A stretch of DNA of 61,882 bases, the filler included, from Collodictyon triciliatum (lineage: Eukaryota), in NCBI GenBank assembly GCA_043381765.1. It is 24 parts of 24 records of this genome, joined end to end, with 100 filler letters (N's around TTAATTAATTAA, not from the genome) between each part and the next. Parts side by side here need not be neighbours in the genome. Positions count along the whole stretch, not along the records: positions 12,910 to 15,390 come from JBHJMP010008802.1; positions 15,491 to 17,971 come from JBHJMP010008803.1; positions 18,072 to 20,552 come from JBHJMP010008804.1; positions 20,653 to 23,131 come from JBHJMP010008805.1; positions 23,232 to 25,710 come from JBHJMP010008806.1; positions 25,811 to 28,288 come from JBHJMP010008807.1; 18 more parts are not named here. The stretch is one strand, 5' to 3'. The notes under the pieces were generated by a model that was not told where the DNA came from, made no database searches, and was given only the letters and a program-made list of their open reading frames with translations. Positions 15,050 to 27,425 of the stretch are shown here, in pieces (positions within the stretch are counted from its first letter, which is position 1; every line of letters starts with the position of its first letter). The position numbers and the translations under genes were made by a program.

Positions 15050-15390
15050 ATGATTGTTGATGTTAGAAAACAAGCCAGGGGTGTCGGTCGCTTTCTCACG
15101 CGACACACTGACAACGCATTAAACAAACTGCAACGATTAGATAGAGCCTACTCGGATTTGAATCGGGCAAGCGGTGGGCTGGTTGAGTTGGGGCTGCAGG
15201 GAACAGGAATCAAACCTGCATTCCAGACAATTGCCAACCCGCTGGTGAGCACAATCACCGCCGCAAATTTCCTGGGAAAAGGGCTGACAACCCTGGGAAA
15301 TACCGACTGGAAACTTAAAAACGCATCGGCCATCGGCTCAGGAATTCAGGACCTCGGCCAGGCCTACGTGCTCGCTTCAACAGGACGCGG
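15050..15390 (+). CDS. Intronless Gly/Ala-rich amphipathic hypothetical protein, 3' partial; virus-like context
   Basis: Open from ATG 15050 to the contig end (MIVDVRKQARGVGRFLTR...AANFLGKGLTTLG...). Divergent from the neighbouring gene, with only 33 bp between start codons. Confidence 0.65.
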
Positions 15391-15699
15391 NNNNNNNNNN
15401 NNNNNNNNNNNNNNNNNNNNNNNNNNNNNNNNNNTTAATTAATTAANNNNNNNNNNNNNNNNNNNNNNNNNNNNNNNNNNNNNNNNNNNNACACCAGCCC
15501 GATATTTCAACTAAGCCAGGTTTCCTCTCCTTTCTCATTTTTAAATGCTATCATACCTTCTTACTTCGTTTTAACAAATGATATTTCCGCTATGCTGCTT
15601 ATTCCTGTGCGTCCATTTCTCCTAATTATCAGGGCTTTTATAATTTGCTGACTTATTTCGACCCCTATGTGTTGGCTCATCTCATCCCAATCAACTAAA

Positions 15700-16852
15700 G
15701 GCAAGACTCAGTACCGCATCCCCGACTCCGCCGATAGCAAAATATGTCCCAGTTCTTCCAATATCAACGATCCGCCCTCTAACGAACGGTATTGGTTATT
15801 ACGTAGCATCTATCCCTGCGAATATGATTTCGTTTAGTTTTCAGAACGGCAGTTCTCTTGAGAAAATATTTCCGTGTAACCCCCCTTCAAAACGCGAGCA
15901 AGACCAAATATCAGATGCAATATCTCGTTACCAACACGGATTCAAGAACATCATTATTCTTGAGTTATTAAAGATTTACCATTTAGTTGGTGTTGCTCCT
16001 GTAACGTTTAGAAAATCTGTCGAGCTTCCTCCAGTCACAGAAAGGTCGTTTCCTGTTTTCCTTTTCCTTTTTTCCTTTTCCTTTTCCTTTTCCTTTTCCT
16101 TTTCTTTTTCTTCATTTTTCTTTTTCTTCATTTTTCTTTTTCTTCATTTTTCTTTTTCATCTCACCACCCTGTGTGTTTTTCAATTGGAAGCCCATCCCT
16201 ATGTATTGGTTGTATTTCGATATATATATATATTTAATTCACTTCAATTCACGACGTGTATCGGTGACTGAATTTTCTTGATAATTCAATACGTGATAGG
16301 TCATCCCGCGTCCAAAAACCAAGCAGAATAGGATTGAATCAATTCATCGTATCTGAGCGTGATTATAGTGATTTACAAGACACTGCTAGGAAGGTAGTCT
16401 TCATTCGAACCAAAATTATCACACATCGTTCCACATTATTTGACTTTTCTCTCTGTCATTTCGATTTTGTTTTTGGAAATATAAAATTGCCCGATATACT
16501 GTATCTATGAAAGTTCACTTTTTTTTTTTTTTATGATTTACTTTCCGATAAATTCACTAGGCCACCCGGTCTAGTAGATATCGGAGAGAAATTGAATCGC
16601 AAATCCAGAGTCGCTCCCCATCTCCACCCCTGACTCGTTCATTTCGCCCTAATTCAAAGTCTGCTGTGAACCAATCTGGATATAGTGAGGATGTATGTGC
16701 ACTCATGAATATATACACCATCTATCTAAATAGCCTTATGCACCTTTTTGTTCCATATTACTTCTTTTTTTTTTTACATAAAATAAACAAAATAAATCAT
16801 TCGAAAGCCAAGTATTCTGACTACCCTTTTTTCTAACAATAATAACAATAAC

Positions 16853-16914
<62 letters not shown>

Positions 16915-17694
16915 TAAAAATAAAAATAAAATCAGAATGCCCAAGAGGATGAGCAAACAGAAATAGTCGATCTCGTCAATATTCGATTTAATGCATGTTG
17001 GAGTCTCCTAACCCAACGACAAGTGCGTTTCAGATATATTTTGTTATTTCCCTATATATGCACTTTTTTTAAAACGTTTTTACAATTCCTTTTATGACCG
17101 TCTAGAGCTATTCTATCACATTTATTATTATACGTTCGCCAGTCACCTCATACGTTGCTAGACTCCCGAAAACTCTCCTTGAATAAACGAAGAGTAAATC
17201 CATTTGCCAGGGCCCATAATATTTATGTTGTTATCAATGTAATTCTATCGTAGGGAAACTCATCATCAAAAGATGATAAAGCCGCGAGAGAGGAATCCGA
17301 GAAGGCAAAACATGAATCTGCTCGAAATTTTGACAAGAATTTTAATGAGACAGTACAACTCTTGAGTAAACATTACACCTATTTGATATAGTTCTGCAAT
17401 TAATCACCACCAAGAAATAGATACGATATATATATTTATAAACTACGAAGCATAGCGCATACAACAAATCAACTACCAAAAAACCCAATACAATACAATA
17501 CAATACAATACAATATACAAAAAAATGACATGAAGTTCCTCTCTATTTCAGACACAATACGTGGCCAGCGAACCTCTGACTTTTCAGGTCATGATTCTCG
17601 ACCCCCAAAAGATGCAGCTCCTTTGAAAGATGCAGCTCCTTTGAAAGATACAGCTCCTTTGAAAGATACCTCGAGAAAAAAAGTGTTGAAAAAG
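15700..17694 (+). CDS. Hypothetical protein, internal spliced fragment
   Basis: A run of short stop-free GT-AG exons (e.g. NGSSLEKIFPCNPPSKREQ, SSRVQKPSRIGLNQF) and an 18-bp coding repeat KDAAPL at about 17608-17670. No family recognised. Confidence 0.45.
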
Positions 17695-17877
17695 GTTACT
17701 TTTTTTTTTTTTTACTTTAGTATACGAATATTATTACAAATACATACTCCCGAATAGTAACTGTACATGTAGTTGCACTTGAAGCAAGTCACCAAAAGCT
17801 AGAGCTATTATAAATTTCATTCTTTTTCTTTTTTCTTCTTGTTTGTAAAACGAGTGGTGACAAAATTAGCTTTCACC

Positions 17878-17960
<83 letters not shown>

Positions 17961-18071
17961 GACACAATCTANNNNNNNNNNNNNNNNNNNNNNNNNNNNN
18001 NNNNNNNNNNNNNNNTTAATTAATTAANNNNNNNNNNNNNNNNNNNNNNNNNNNNNNNNNNNNNNNNNNNN

Positions 18072-18158
<87 letters not shown>

Positions 18159-18189
18159 TTGTTCAAACAGAATAGTTAGATGATTATTA

Positions 18190-20415
18190 TAAATAAGTTC
18201 CTCGCGAGATGTAAATTTTGCCTCTAGCAGATTTCTTGCAAACACAGAAGAAAAGTCTTGTAAAATAAATTATCTCAAGAGGAAAAACAGGAGAGAAAAA
18301 CCTCTCTTGGTCGTGAATAAACTGGATTTGAATCCCCCCGCATGAAGCTCTCATAGTGCTTACCTATTAATTGAATAAAAGAACTTAATATGACCACCAC
18401 AGACATATATGCTGATGTTAGCTGAATATATTTGAACATAATGAAAATGAAAACGAAAATACTATTTCGTTCAACTTTTCCTCCAAAGGCGTGCCATTTA
18501 ATTTATCAAGACATATAATGGTGTCATTTTCTAGATTTGCAATTAAACAGAAGGTTGTTTCGGATTCAAAATTTTCAGAATATGGGATAAACATAACGAC
18601 GAATAGTTCACTTTTTTTCAAGCAAATGATAAGAATTTACCCTCATTAACCGGCTTGTAGTATTCCTGTCCCCAAGATGCTTTTAACGATTTCCCCGAAA
18701 TTTGCAAGAGGTTTAGGCTATGTAAGTGTGATGGTGATGATTGGTCGGGTGAATGGAATTTATAATATATGAAACATATATCATCCTTTATTTGATTCAA
18801 AGTAACCTAGATGAATTATCAAAAATACCATAGAATAGCGTTTTTTGCACAGATGTGGTGTTCAAATATTACAAATCCGAATCCACGACATTTTTTCGAG
18901 ATTGGATCAATCATTGCATTAATCTAAGTTTTTGTAAACAATAAAAATAGAAATGGAAAAATGAAGGGAATAGGGGAGGGAAAATGTGGACCCGAAGTTC
19001 ATTTCAGTGTCATTTAACCTCTTGGTACATTTCTTTGAATCGAATAAAGGGGGAAAAAACCTCTTGGTACATTTATCTAATAACTTGTATCAAAACTTTC
19101 ATTCTATAAGACGGACAATTTTTCATGGTTCATAACTTGCGATTAAGAAGTAAATATTGGATTAAAAATCAGACTGGTACATATTGTCACCTTCACAATA
19201 TCTCCAAAAGGTTTTGCTATCAACTCCAAAATATCTTGGCTCATTTTGGTTGGGAGATTTCTTAAAAATACGTTGCAGTTTCCTGGTGATTGATTCGCTG
19301 TATCCAGTTCTTCCCTACTAACTAAAGGGAGCCAATACAGATATGGGATTTGTTATAATGGTGCATTTATTCAGAGGATAATTTAGTAATAAAGCCATTT
19401 ACTAACATTTAATCTGGTTCCATCTTCCGATTAATTTATTGCTAGTTTGATTATTTGCATTTGATTCGCTCAAGGAAGGAAATGGTGGAGGGGGTATGGT
19501 ATTCTCCTTCGGGTATTTCTGATATATCTCGATCATTTTATCTAACTGTCATATTAATTTTAAATTTGAAGCAAAAGATTGAAGGGAAAAAGGCTTTATG
19601 GAAATTGATTTTAAATTAAACTTGATCATGAAAGAAAAAATATATACTTGGTTTTGTTGCTCCTCCTCTGTCATTAACTGCGCCGATACCCTGGGTATCA
19701 TCATAATGGAAAGCGGACTCATTATAGAATCATCTATTAAAAAAAAAAAACAGTGGTATATTGGAGAGAATTATGCTTAACAAACAACCTCGCATATAAT
19801 TCGGTATAATTCTTTGTAGCAATTAATAGGAAGCGCTGTGTGAATAATCATCATGTACTGGAAGGGGGAAACGACACAGAGCAAATGTAATGGTAAGTAT
19901 ATAACACTATATATTGCAGTATAGATACAAGAAAATCGAAGCATTGAGTAGGATTCGTTTGTAGAAAAGCAATCTCATGAGAATACCTAGATGACTTTGG
20001 TCCCGACTCATGCTGTCGTCATCTTTCATATCGGCTGCCTCTGTATAACTTGAAATTGGTCGTATCACGAGCTTAGGGATGTTTGATACCTCTGTAGATA
20101 AGATTTTAGGGGGAATAACAAAAAAAAAAAAAATTAATGTACGTAACCACACAGATATGGCTGATTGCGATAATATCATATTGTGTAAATGTAAATATAT
20201 ACGTTTATTGAAGAGGAAAAATATGTAGAGAATTGGGTAATAAATGTGGTTACTGGAATGAACTTGCTTTTGTATTGGTTTGTTTTTGTTAGGGCGGCAA
20301 CTGAAGTCTTTTTTGTGTTTGCTTGATGGTGCTGGCCATGCAGGCTCTTAGTGGGGAATAAGTCGAGGAACTGTACGGCTTTGTAGAAAATGTCACGAGC
20401 TTTCTCTGGGTTCAT
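18190..20415 (-). CDS. RRM-containing RNA-binding protein; spliced
   Basis: ATG at 20415. Exon NCNVFLRNLPTKMSQDILELIAKPFGDIVKVTI gives RNP2 and helix 1; the next exon has ICFIYYKF...LNLLQISGKSLKASWG, an RRM C-terminal half. The 3' boundary is approximate. Confidence 0.6.
19016..19074 (+). mobile_element. Ultra-short retroposed insertion (family 1) in an RRM-gene intron
   Basis: Insert 19033-19057, CTTTGAATCGAATAAAGGGGGAAAA, is flanked by the perfect 17-bp direct repeat AACCTCTTGGTACATTT (19016-19032 and 19058-19074). Confidence 0.9.
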
Positions 20416-20490
20416 CGGTTTGGAGCCTATTTGTCATTATTGTTTCGTTTTCATTTTTTGTTTTTTGTTTTTTTTTGTTTTTTGTTTTTT

Positions 20491-20552
<62 letters not shown>

Positions 20553-21879
20553 NNNNNNNNNNNNNNNNNNNNNNNNNNNNNNNNNNNNNNNNNNNNTTAA
20601 TTAATTAANNNNNNNNNNNNNNNNNNNNNNNNNNNNNNNNNNNNNNNNNNNNATTATTTTTATTTCTGGATTATGTTTCTTTGTCAGATATAATGTAAGG
20701 TATGACAGTTTAGTGTATTATGAATGTGACTGTTGATGGCTGGTGTTTTCATGTCCACTTCTTTTTCTTTCTCTTTTGATGAAAGGATGGATATATATAT
20801 ATATAAGCGGTTTTTCCTCCCTCATTGTTGTGCTTCCAAACGGGTCGAGTCATTTTCCGCCGTTTTGCCACGTGTCCGCCAGGTCACTGGGCAAGAATTG
20901 TGTGGAAAAGCTCGGGGGAAGTAGACAAAAGCGGAATATATAGAATATAATCAGTATGAGGGTATAAGGAATCGAAAACCACACATAAGTGACAAATTCA
21001 GACAGGATACATGCACAGTACAAGATAAATATAAATGAGAAGCAATATTCCTCTTTGTACCCCAGTTCCTCTGCGCCCCCAGCTGCCTTATCCTGGTGAG
21101 GATTGTTCTTCCAGACGCACGCAGATGATATGTCCCTTGATTTCCAACGCATAGCACCTTTGCAGTCCCTTTCTTAGGACAAGGCCGAGTTCCAGGTGAT
21201 GTCGTTGAAATGAGAAGTGGGTGTTGGCTGTGACCTGTCAAGTGTTAGAAATGCTATAAACCCGTTGTGCAACTCCGGATACGCTGCCACAATAGCTCTG
21301 GTTTCCTCTGTGCGTGTCATGTCTGTCATATCCCATATCTTTTCCCAGTGCCCTCCCTGGCAGTATCTGTGAGACCAGAGGCAACACATGCCAGTTCCCT
21401 TTCGGCCATCTACGAGACTCTATTTTTCTGTCTAATTACACTTGCAAGACCAGTGTCATGAATCCAAAATCCTATGGATGCACAGGGAGAGATTGCAAGG
21501 ATGTGTGACTTTTTTTGTCATAGGTTTCGTGAACACGAGCGAGGAACCCATTACGCGACAAACCTGGTGCAGAGACCGATATATGGTATGTGAGAAAGCG
21601 TGTCAACTTCGCAGGAAGACTATCGTTGTATACGGCTCTGCTGATTCGACAACCTCCGATTTCTCGTTTCTACGCATTACACCACCGATGTAGCATTCCC
21701 TATTCGACTCAATCTCGACCCTTTATCTTTCTCTGACTTTGGAGATTCTCGTGTGCCTATTTCGAAAGAAACTCCGGTGTATCATGCAAGGCTATGAGCT
21801 TTCTGCCCGCGCAGCTGATTGATTTTATATTATAATTTTCTCTATCGGGTCGGTCGGGTGCTGTCTGCTTTCTAATGCA

Positions 21880-22133
21880 GAATGGTGTTTAACGCCACCT
21901 CCACGGCCTTCATTACCTGGGCCCTGTGAGAAGAGATGTGTGGTTATAGGCGGAGAAAGAGATTAAGCCTAGCCATGCTTCTTTCATGCAAGCTCAAGAC
22001 CCAGGCCACAAGCCAAACCCAGATGCATTCCTGATAACTAACTTTTCAGTCACCAGGTCTCGAGTGGCGTCTATTCAAGAAACCCAGCGAATCAAAGCCA
22101 AAACCTCTTCATCCTGGGCACATGCTGAAAGAA

Positions 22134-22204
<71 letters not shown>
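21880..22204 (+). mobile_element. Probable degenerate non-LTR retroelement 3' end with (ATAA)n tail
   Basis: GC-richer segment with a broken frame (FITWAL*EEMC). It ends in AAGCCAAAACCTCTTCATCCTGGGCACATGCTGAAAGAATAA plus (ATAA)n, similar to the family 2 end. The 5' boundary is uncertain. Confidence 0.45.
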
Positions 22205-22205
<1 letters not shown>

Positions 22206-22225
22206 GAAAAATAAATAAATAATGA

Positions 22226-22315
22226 AAAAACATGCTGTTAAGCCAACATCTTCACCATCCTGCACAAAATTGAAAGGAAGAATAATATAAATAATAATAA
22301 TAAAAACATGCTGTT
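22226..22315 (+). mobile_element. Short retroposed insertion (family 2)
   Basis: Insert 22240-22301 with a TAA-rich tail lies between 14-bp direct repeats AAAAACATGCTGTT. The 35-bp core at 22251-22285 is identical to 25305-25339 on another contig. Confidence 0.8.
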
Positions 22316-23250
22316 GGATGAAGAATATTTATTTTTATGCTGATGTTAAAATATATCATCACAAAAAAAGGAAGAAAAAGGGACATATATAGATATATGC
22401 CACGGAATTGTGATGCAGACTATAGTGCAATTGTTTTTATTGCCCATCTCCTATCTGCCCAGTATAAATTTCAATTTCCATACTATCAATTATTATTAAA
22501 CTATTCAAATGTAATCCCTTTTTGTCTTGTTCTTTTGTCCATGTCTTTAGCTCTAGGGTACGTGGCACAGAATGTTGATATTACTTACCCATGAAAATTG
22601 CATTCAAAAAAAGTTATTTAACCAAATACATGAGGTTGGCAAATAGAAGTGTATTAGGCGCCACACCTTCGCGGTCTTCATTGTGGTATCTGAAGACAAC
22701 ATTTTATAACCGTCTCTTGGGCTTCAGAATACGCCTACTTACAGTTTGTACGATTTCGTAGCATCGCTCTTTTACAGTGCAAATACCTGACCCTAGATGG
22801 AGGGAGCAGTGGTTGGAAAACCAAGGCCATCAGATAAAGATAGGGTATGTGAGGAAATAGGAAAACAATAGTCAAATATGCGCTATCTTTTGACGGTGTT
22901 ACTGAAAACTTTGCATTTAAAATGACTATGCGTTCTTATTCTGCACCAAACATATGGTTCTGCTTCGCATGGCATTTTTTTTAAGGACGTTTGCTCATGA
23001 AAAAGTGAAAGCAAGACTTTTTTTTTAATAAATAAGAGAAAGAGAAAGAGAAAGAGAAAGAGAAAGAGAAAGAGAAAGAGAAAGAGAAAGAGAAAGAGAA
23101 AGAGAAAGAGAAAGAGAAAGAGAAAGAGAAANNNNNNNNNNNNNNNNNNNNNNNNNNNNNNNNNNNNNNNNNNNNTTAATTAATTAANNNNNNNNNNNNN
23201 NNNNNNNNNNNNNNNNNNNNNNNNNNNNNNNATACAATAATATAAGATAC

Positions 23251-25710
23251 TTTTCAAGGTCATCGTAAACGGCTCCAATATTTCCATATGAAGTGGCAAC
23301 ATCAGGGTGGACTTCTCCAAACACTTTCAGTGTAATATCAAGGTCTTTTTGGTAGTAATCCAGAGCTTTGTCATATCTATTCAATAATAAGTTAATGAAA
23401 TGATAAACATAAATATACAATAATATAAGATACTTTTCAAGGTCATCGTAAACGGCTCCAATATTTCCATATGAAGTGGCAACATCAGGGTGGACTTCTC
23501 CAAACACTTTCAGCTTAATTTCCAGTGATTTATGATAGTACTCGAGTGCTTTATGATGTCTATTAAGTAATAAGCCAATTAAATGATAAACATAAAAAAT
23601 ATGTAATTAAATGGAACATACTTTCCGAGGTTATTGTAAACCAGCCCAATATTATTATATGACCCAGCAATATCAGGGTGGACTTCTCCAAACACTTTCA
23701 GTCGGATTTCCAATGATTTGTGGTGGTAATCCAGTGCTTTGTCATGTCTATTAAATAATAAGTTAACGAGAGGATAAACATAAATATACAATAATAAAAA
23801 AAAATACTTTCCGAGGCTATTGTAAACGGCTCCAATATTATTATATGAAGTGGCAACATCAGGGTGGACTTCTCCAAACACTTTCAGTCGGATTTCCAAT
23901 GATTTGTGGTAGTATTCCAGAGCTTTGTCATATCTATTAAATAATAAGTTAATGAAAAGATAAACATAAATATACAATAATAAAAGATACTTTCCAATTT
24001 TCTTGTATACGGCTCCGATGTTATTATATGAAGCGGCAACATCAGGGTGGACTTCTCCAAACACTTTCAGTCGGATTTCCAATGATTTGTGGTAGTAATC
24101 CAGTGCTTTGTCATATCTATTAAATAATAAGTTAACGAGAGGATAAACATAAATATACAATAGTAAAAAAAAATACTTTCCGAGGTTATTGTAAACCAGC
24201 CCAATATTATTATATGAAGTGGCAACATCAGTGTGCACTTCTCCAAACACTTTCAGTCGGATTTCCAATGACTTGTGAAAGTATTCCAGAGCTTCGTCAT
24301 GTCTATTAAATGATAAGTTAATGAAATGATAAACATAAATATACAATAATAAAAGATACTTTCCAAGGTCTTCGTAAACGGCTCCAATATTATTATATAA
24401 AGCGGCAACATCAGTGTGCACTTCTCCAAACACCTTCAGTTGAATTTCCAATGATTTGTGGTAGTATTCCAGGGCTTCGTCATGTCTATTAAATAATAAG
24501 TTAATGAAAGAATAAACATTAAAAAGACGTAATTAATAGAATATACTTTCCGAGGTTATTGTAAACCAGCCCAATATTATTATATGAAGCGGCAACATAA
24601 GTATGCACTTCTCCAAACACTTTCAGTCGGATTTCCAATGATTTGTGGTGGTAATCCAGTGCTTTATCATGTCTATTAAATAATAAGTTAATGAAAGAAT
24701 AAACATTAAAAACACGTAATTAATAGAATATACTTTCCGAGGTTATTGTAAACCATCCCAATATTATTATATGAAGTGGCAACATCAGGGTGGACTTCTC
24801 CAAACACCTTCAGTTGAATTTCCAATGATTTGTGGTAGTACTCCAGTGCTTCGTCATGTCTATTAAATAATAAGTTAATGAAAGAATAAACATTAAAAAC
24901 ACGTAATTAATAGAATATACTTTCCGAGGTTATTGTAAACCAGCCCAATATTATTATATGAAGTGGCTACATCAGTGTGCACTTCTCCAAACACTTTCAG
25001 TTGAATTTCCAATGATTTGTGATAGTACTCCAGTGCTTTGTCATGTCTATTAAATGATAAGTTAATGAAAGAATAAACATTAAAAACACGTAATTAATAA
25101 AATATACTTTCCGAGGTTATTGTAAACCAGCCCAATATTATTATATGAAGCGGCAACATCAGTGTGCACTTCTCCAAACACTTTCAGTCGAATATCCAAT
25201 GATTTGTGGTAGTATTCCAGGGCTTCGTCATTTCTATTAAACGATAAGTCAAATAAATGATAAATAAACATGTATATAATCAAATAAAACAAGTTCGTGT
25301 TCTTTTCACCATCCTGCACAAAATTGAAAGGAAGAATAAAAAAAAAATAATCAAATAAAACATACTTTCCAAGGTCACTGTAAACCAACCCTAGAAAATT
25401 CAGATTTCTACCATCCAAACCTAATAAAAATGAACAAAGTCAGCAACACTCACAACAATCAAAAACAAACTGGCCATACTCTCATCCGTCTCAACAGAAA
25501 TGCGGTGCTCAAGAATCGGAATCAAAAAGGCATTCTCTTGAATTTGCTGAAAATATTCAACCAACGCAGAGCCAGCAGAATTCAGTTGCTGTTGTACATA
25601 CCATTAAAATAAATTCAATATTGACACATGTAATTGAGTTTTATCACCTTGGCCAACTCACCATAGACAACTTTGTGGTCATAACCGTTCTTATTCAGCG
25701 CTCTCCAGCA
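23251..25710 (-). CDS. 42-aa TPR-repeat protein (TPR_12, nephrocystin-3/kinesin-light-chain-like repeats); partial at both ends
   Basis: Eleven near-identical 126-nt exons (KHDEALEYYHKSLEIRLKVFGEVHPDVATSYNNIGLVYNNLG) separated by homologous GT-AG introns of about 56-62 nt. Non-repeat exons lie upstream. Confidence 0.93.
25276..25362 (+). mobile_element. Short retroposed insertion (family 2) in a TPR-gene intron
   Basis: Insert 25292-25346 ends in an A tail and is flanked by the perfect 16-bp repeat ATAATCAAATAAAACA (25276-25291 and 25347-25362). Confidence 0.85.
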
Positions 25711-26433
25711 NNNNNNNNNNNNNNNNNNNNNNNNNNNNNNNNNNNNNNNNNNNNTTAATTAATTAANNNNNNNNNNNNNNNNNNNNNNNNNNNNNNNNNN
25801 NNNNNNNNNNCAAAAAACAAAAAACAAAAAACAAAAAACAAAAAACAAAAAACAAAAAACAAAAAACAAAAAACAAAAAACAAAAACAAAAACAAAAAAC
25901 AAAAACAAAAAACAAAAAACAAAAAACAAAAAGATTGTCTGTCTATCATCTCCTTCATTAGCACGCCTATTAAACATCGTGTGTGAATTTCTTACTTGAC
26001 TTTTGATGTTCTTTTTCAATTTTCTTCCTCCATGATTAACTTTATTTGAGATTTTTCATCAAAACTTGTAATACGGGAAACACGTGATGACCTAAAAAAA
26101 AAAAAAGAGAGAAAAGGATAGATGAATTAAGTAATCATGAGCATAATAGACAAGCTCTTCTGAAATCACATGCGGAGCAACTTCAACAGCTACAGGAACG
26201 ATGGAAGAAGAAAGTAGATGAACTAGAGTTATCACACCAGAATGAGGCATTATATCATTTTCATTATCATTAAAAACAAAAAAATATATTATTCCATCTC
26301 CCATATGTAAAACTTTTTTCTTTTGTGAAAGGTTCATCCACTATTTAATTGTTCGGTTTCTTGGCAACCCCTGTTATATCTTTGTGTGATATGCTTGGCT
26401 GAATCGAGTTTATTTTTCATAATTGAACATTAG

Positions 26434-27364
26434 CTGAGCACATTGAGAGATTCTATACACAATCAGCTTGCTATGAAGGAAAATGACATGAGCCGAGTTT
26501 GTTTCATATGATTTATGATATACAACAAAACATTATTTGTAACCACGTAGTTGTGATCATTTTTATACATACCTTACTCTGATTGATGCAAAATTATTTC
26601 GAGTAGATACTAGATGAAGAAAGAAAAAAATTTCAACAATCCCTACAAGAAATCAACTCTATCAAAGATAAATCTATTACGAGACTTCAGCAGGCTTTGG
26701 AGGAGGAAAAACAAAAGAATAAAGTAATTCTTCATTCATCTCAGATTGTTATGACTTATGGTATGTTCTGTTCACTAGATTATAACCCGAAAATGGATTC
26801 ATAGACCATAGCCTCTTCACAAAGTCAGTCCGTCGTGCGAATGGAAAAAGAAAATATCATGCTTAAAAAAGGGCTAACAGGTAAATATGATATTCCATTT
26901 ATCTAAGTAGTAATGTAAAATAAAATAAAATACGTATCCAATCCTTTTTCAAAAACTGTACACCACCATTCACGAAACTTATCGCTTACATATAATACTT
27001 GTCGGGTTTGTCAACTGAGTAAATGTGTATTAGGTATGAAAAGAATCATTTCTTTATGCCGAGCCGAACTTAAAGACTTGAGAATGAGTGTCGACTTAAA
27101 GTACTTTTCTAATCAATCCATTCATCAAATAATCAAAATTAAAGTTACATTATAAATAAATGAATTGTGAATCATGAAGTAACCATTTCCAAACGAACAG
27201 GCTTAAAGACACTGAGCTTGTAAGCGTATCCTCGCTGACAAAGATAGGCCAGTTCGCTACGGACTATGCAACCAGTTCGAAAGGGCTGTTGGAATCCAAA
27301 TCAATAATAAGCGACCTTAATAATCGTTTGCAAGACATGAAAAAGGATTTTGAAGGTAAAACAA

Positions 27365-27425
<61 letters not shown>

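Noticed and set aside
23232-25240. ~185-bp periodic array as a CRISPR or satellite
   Set aside because: The units translate to TPR repeats with GT-AG introns. There are no unique spacers and no cas genes.
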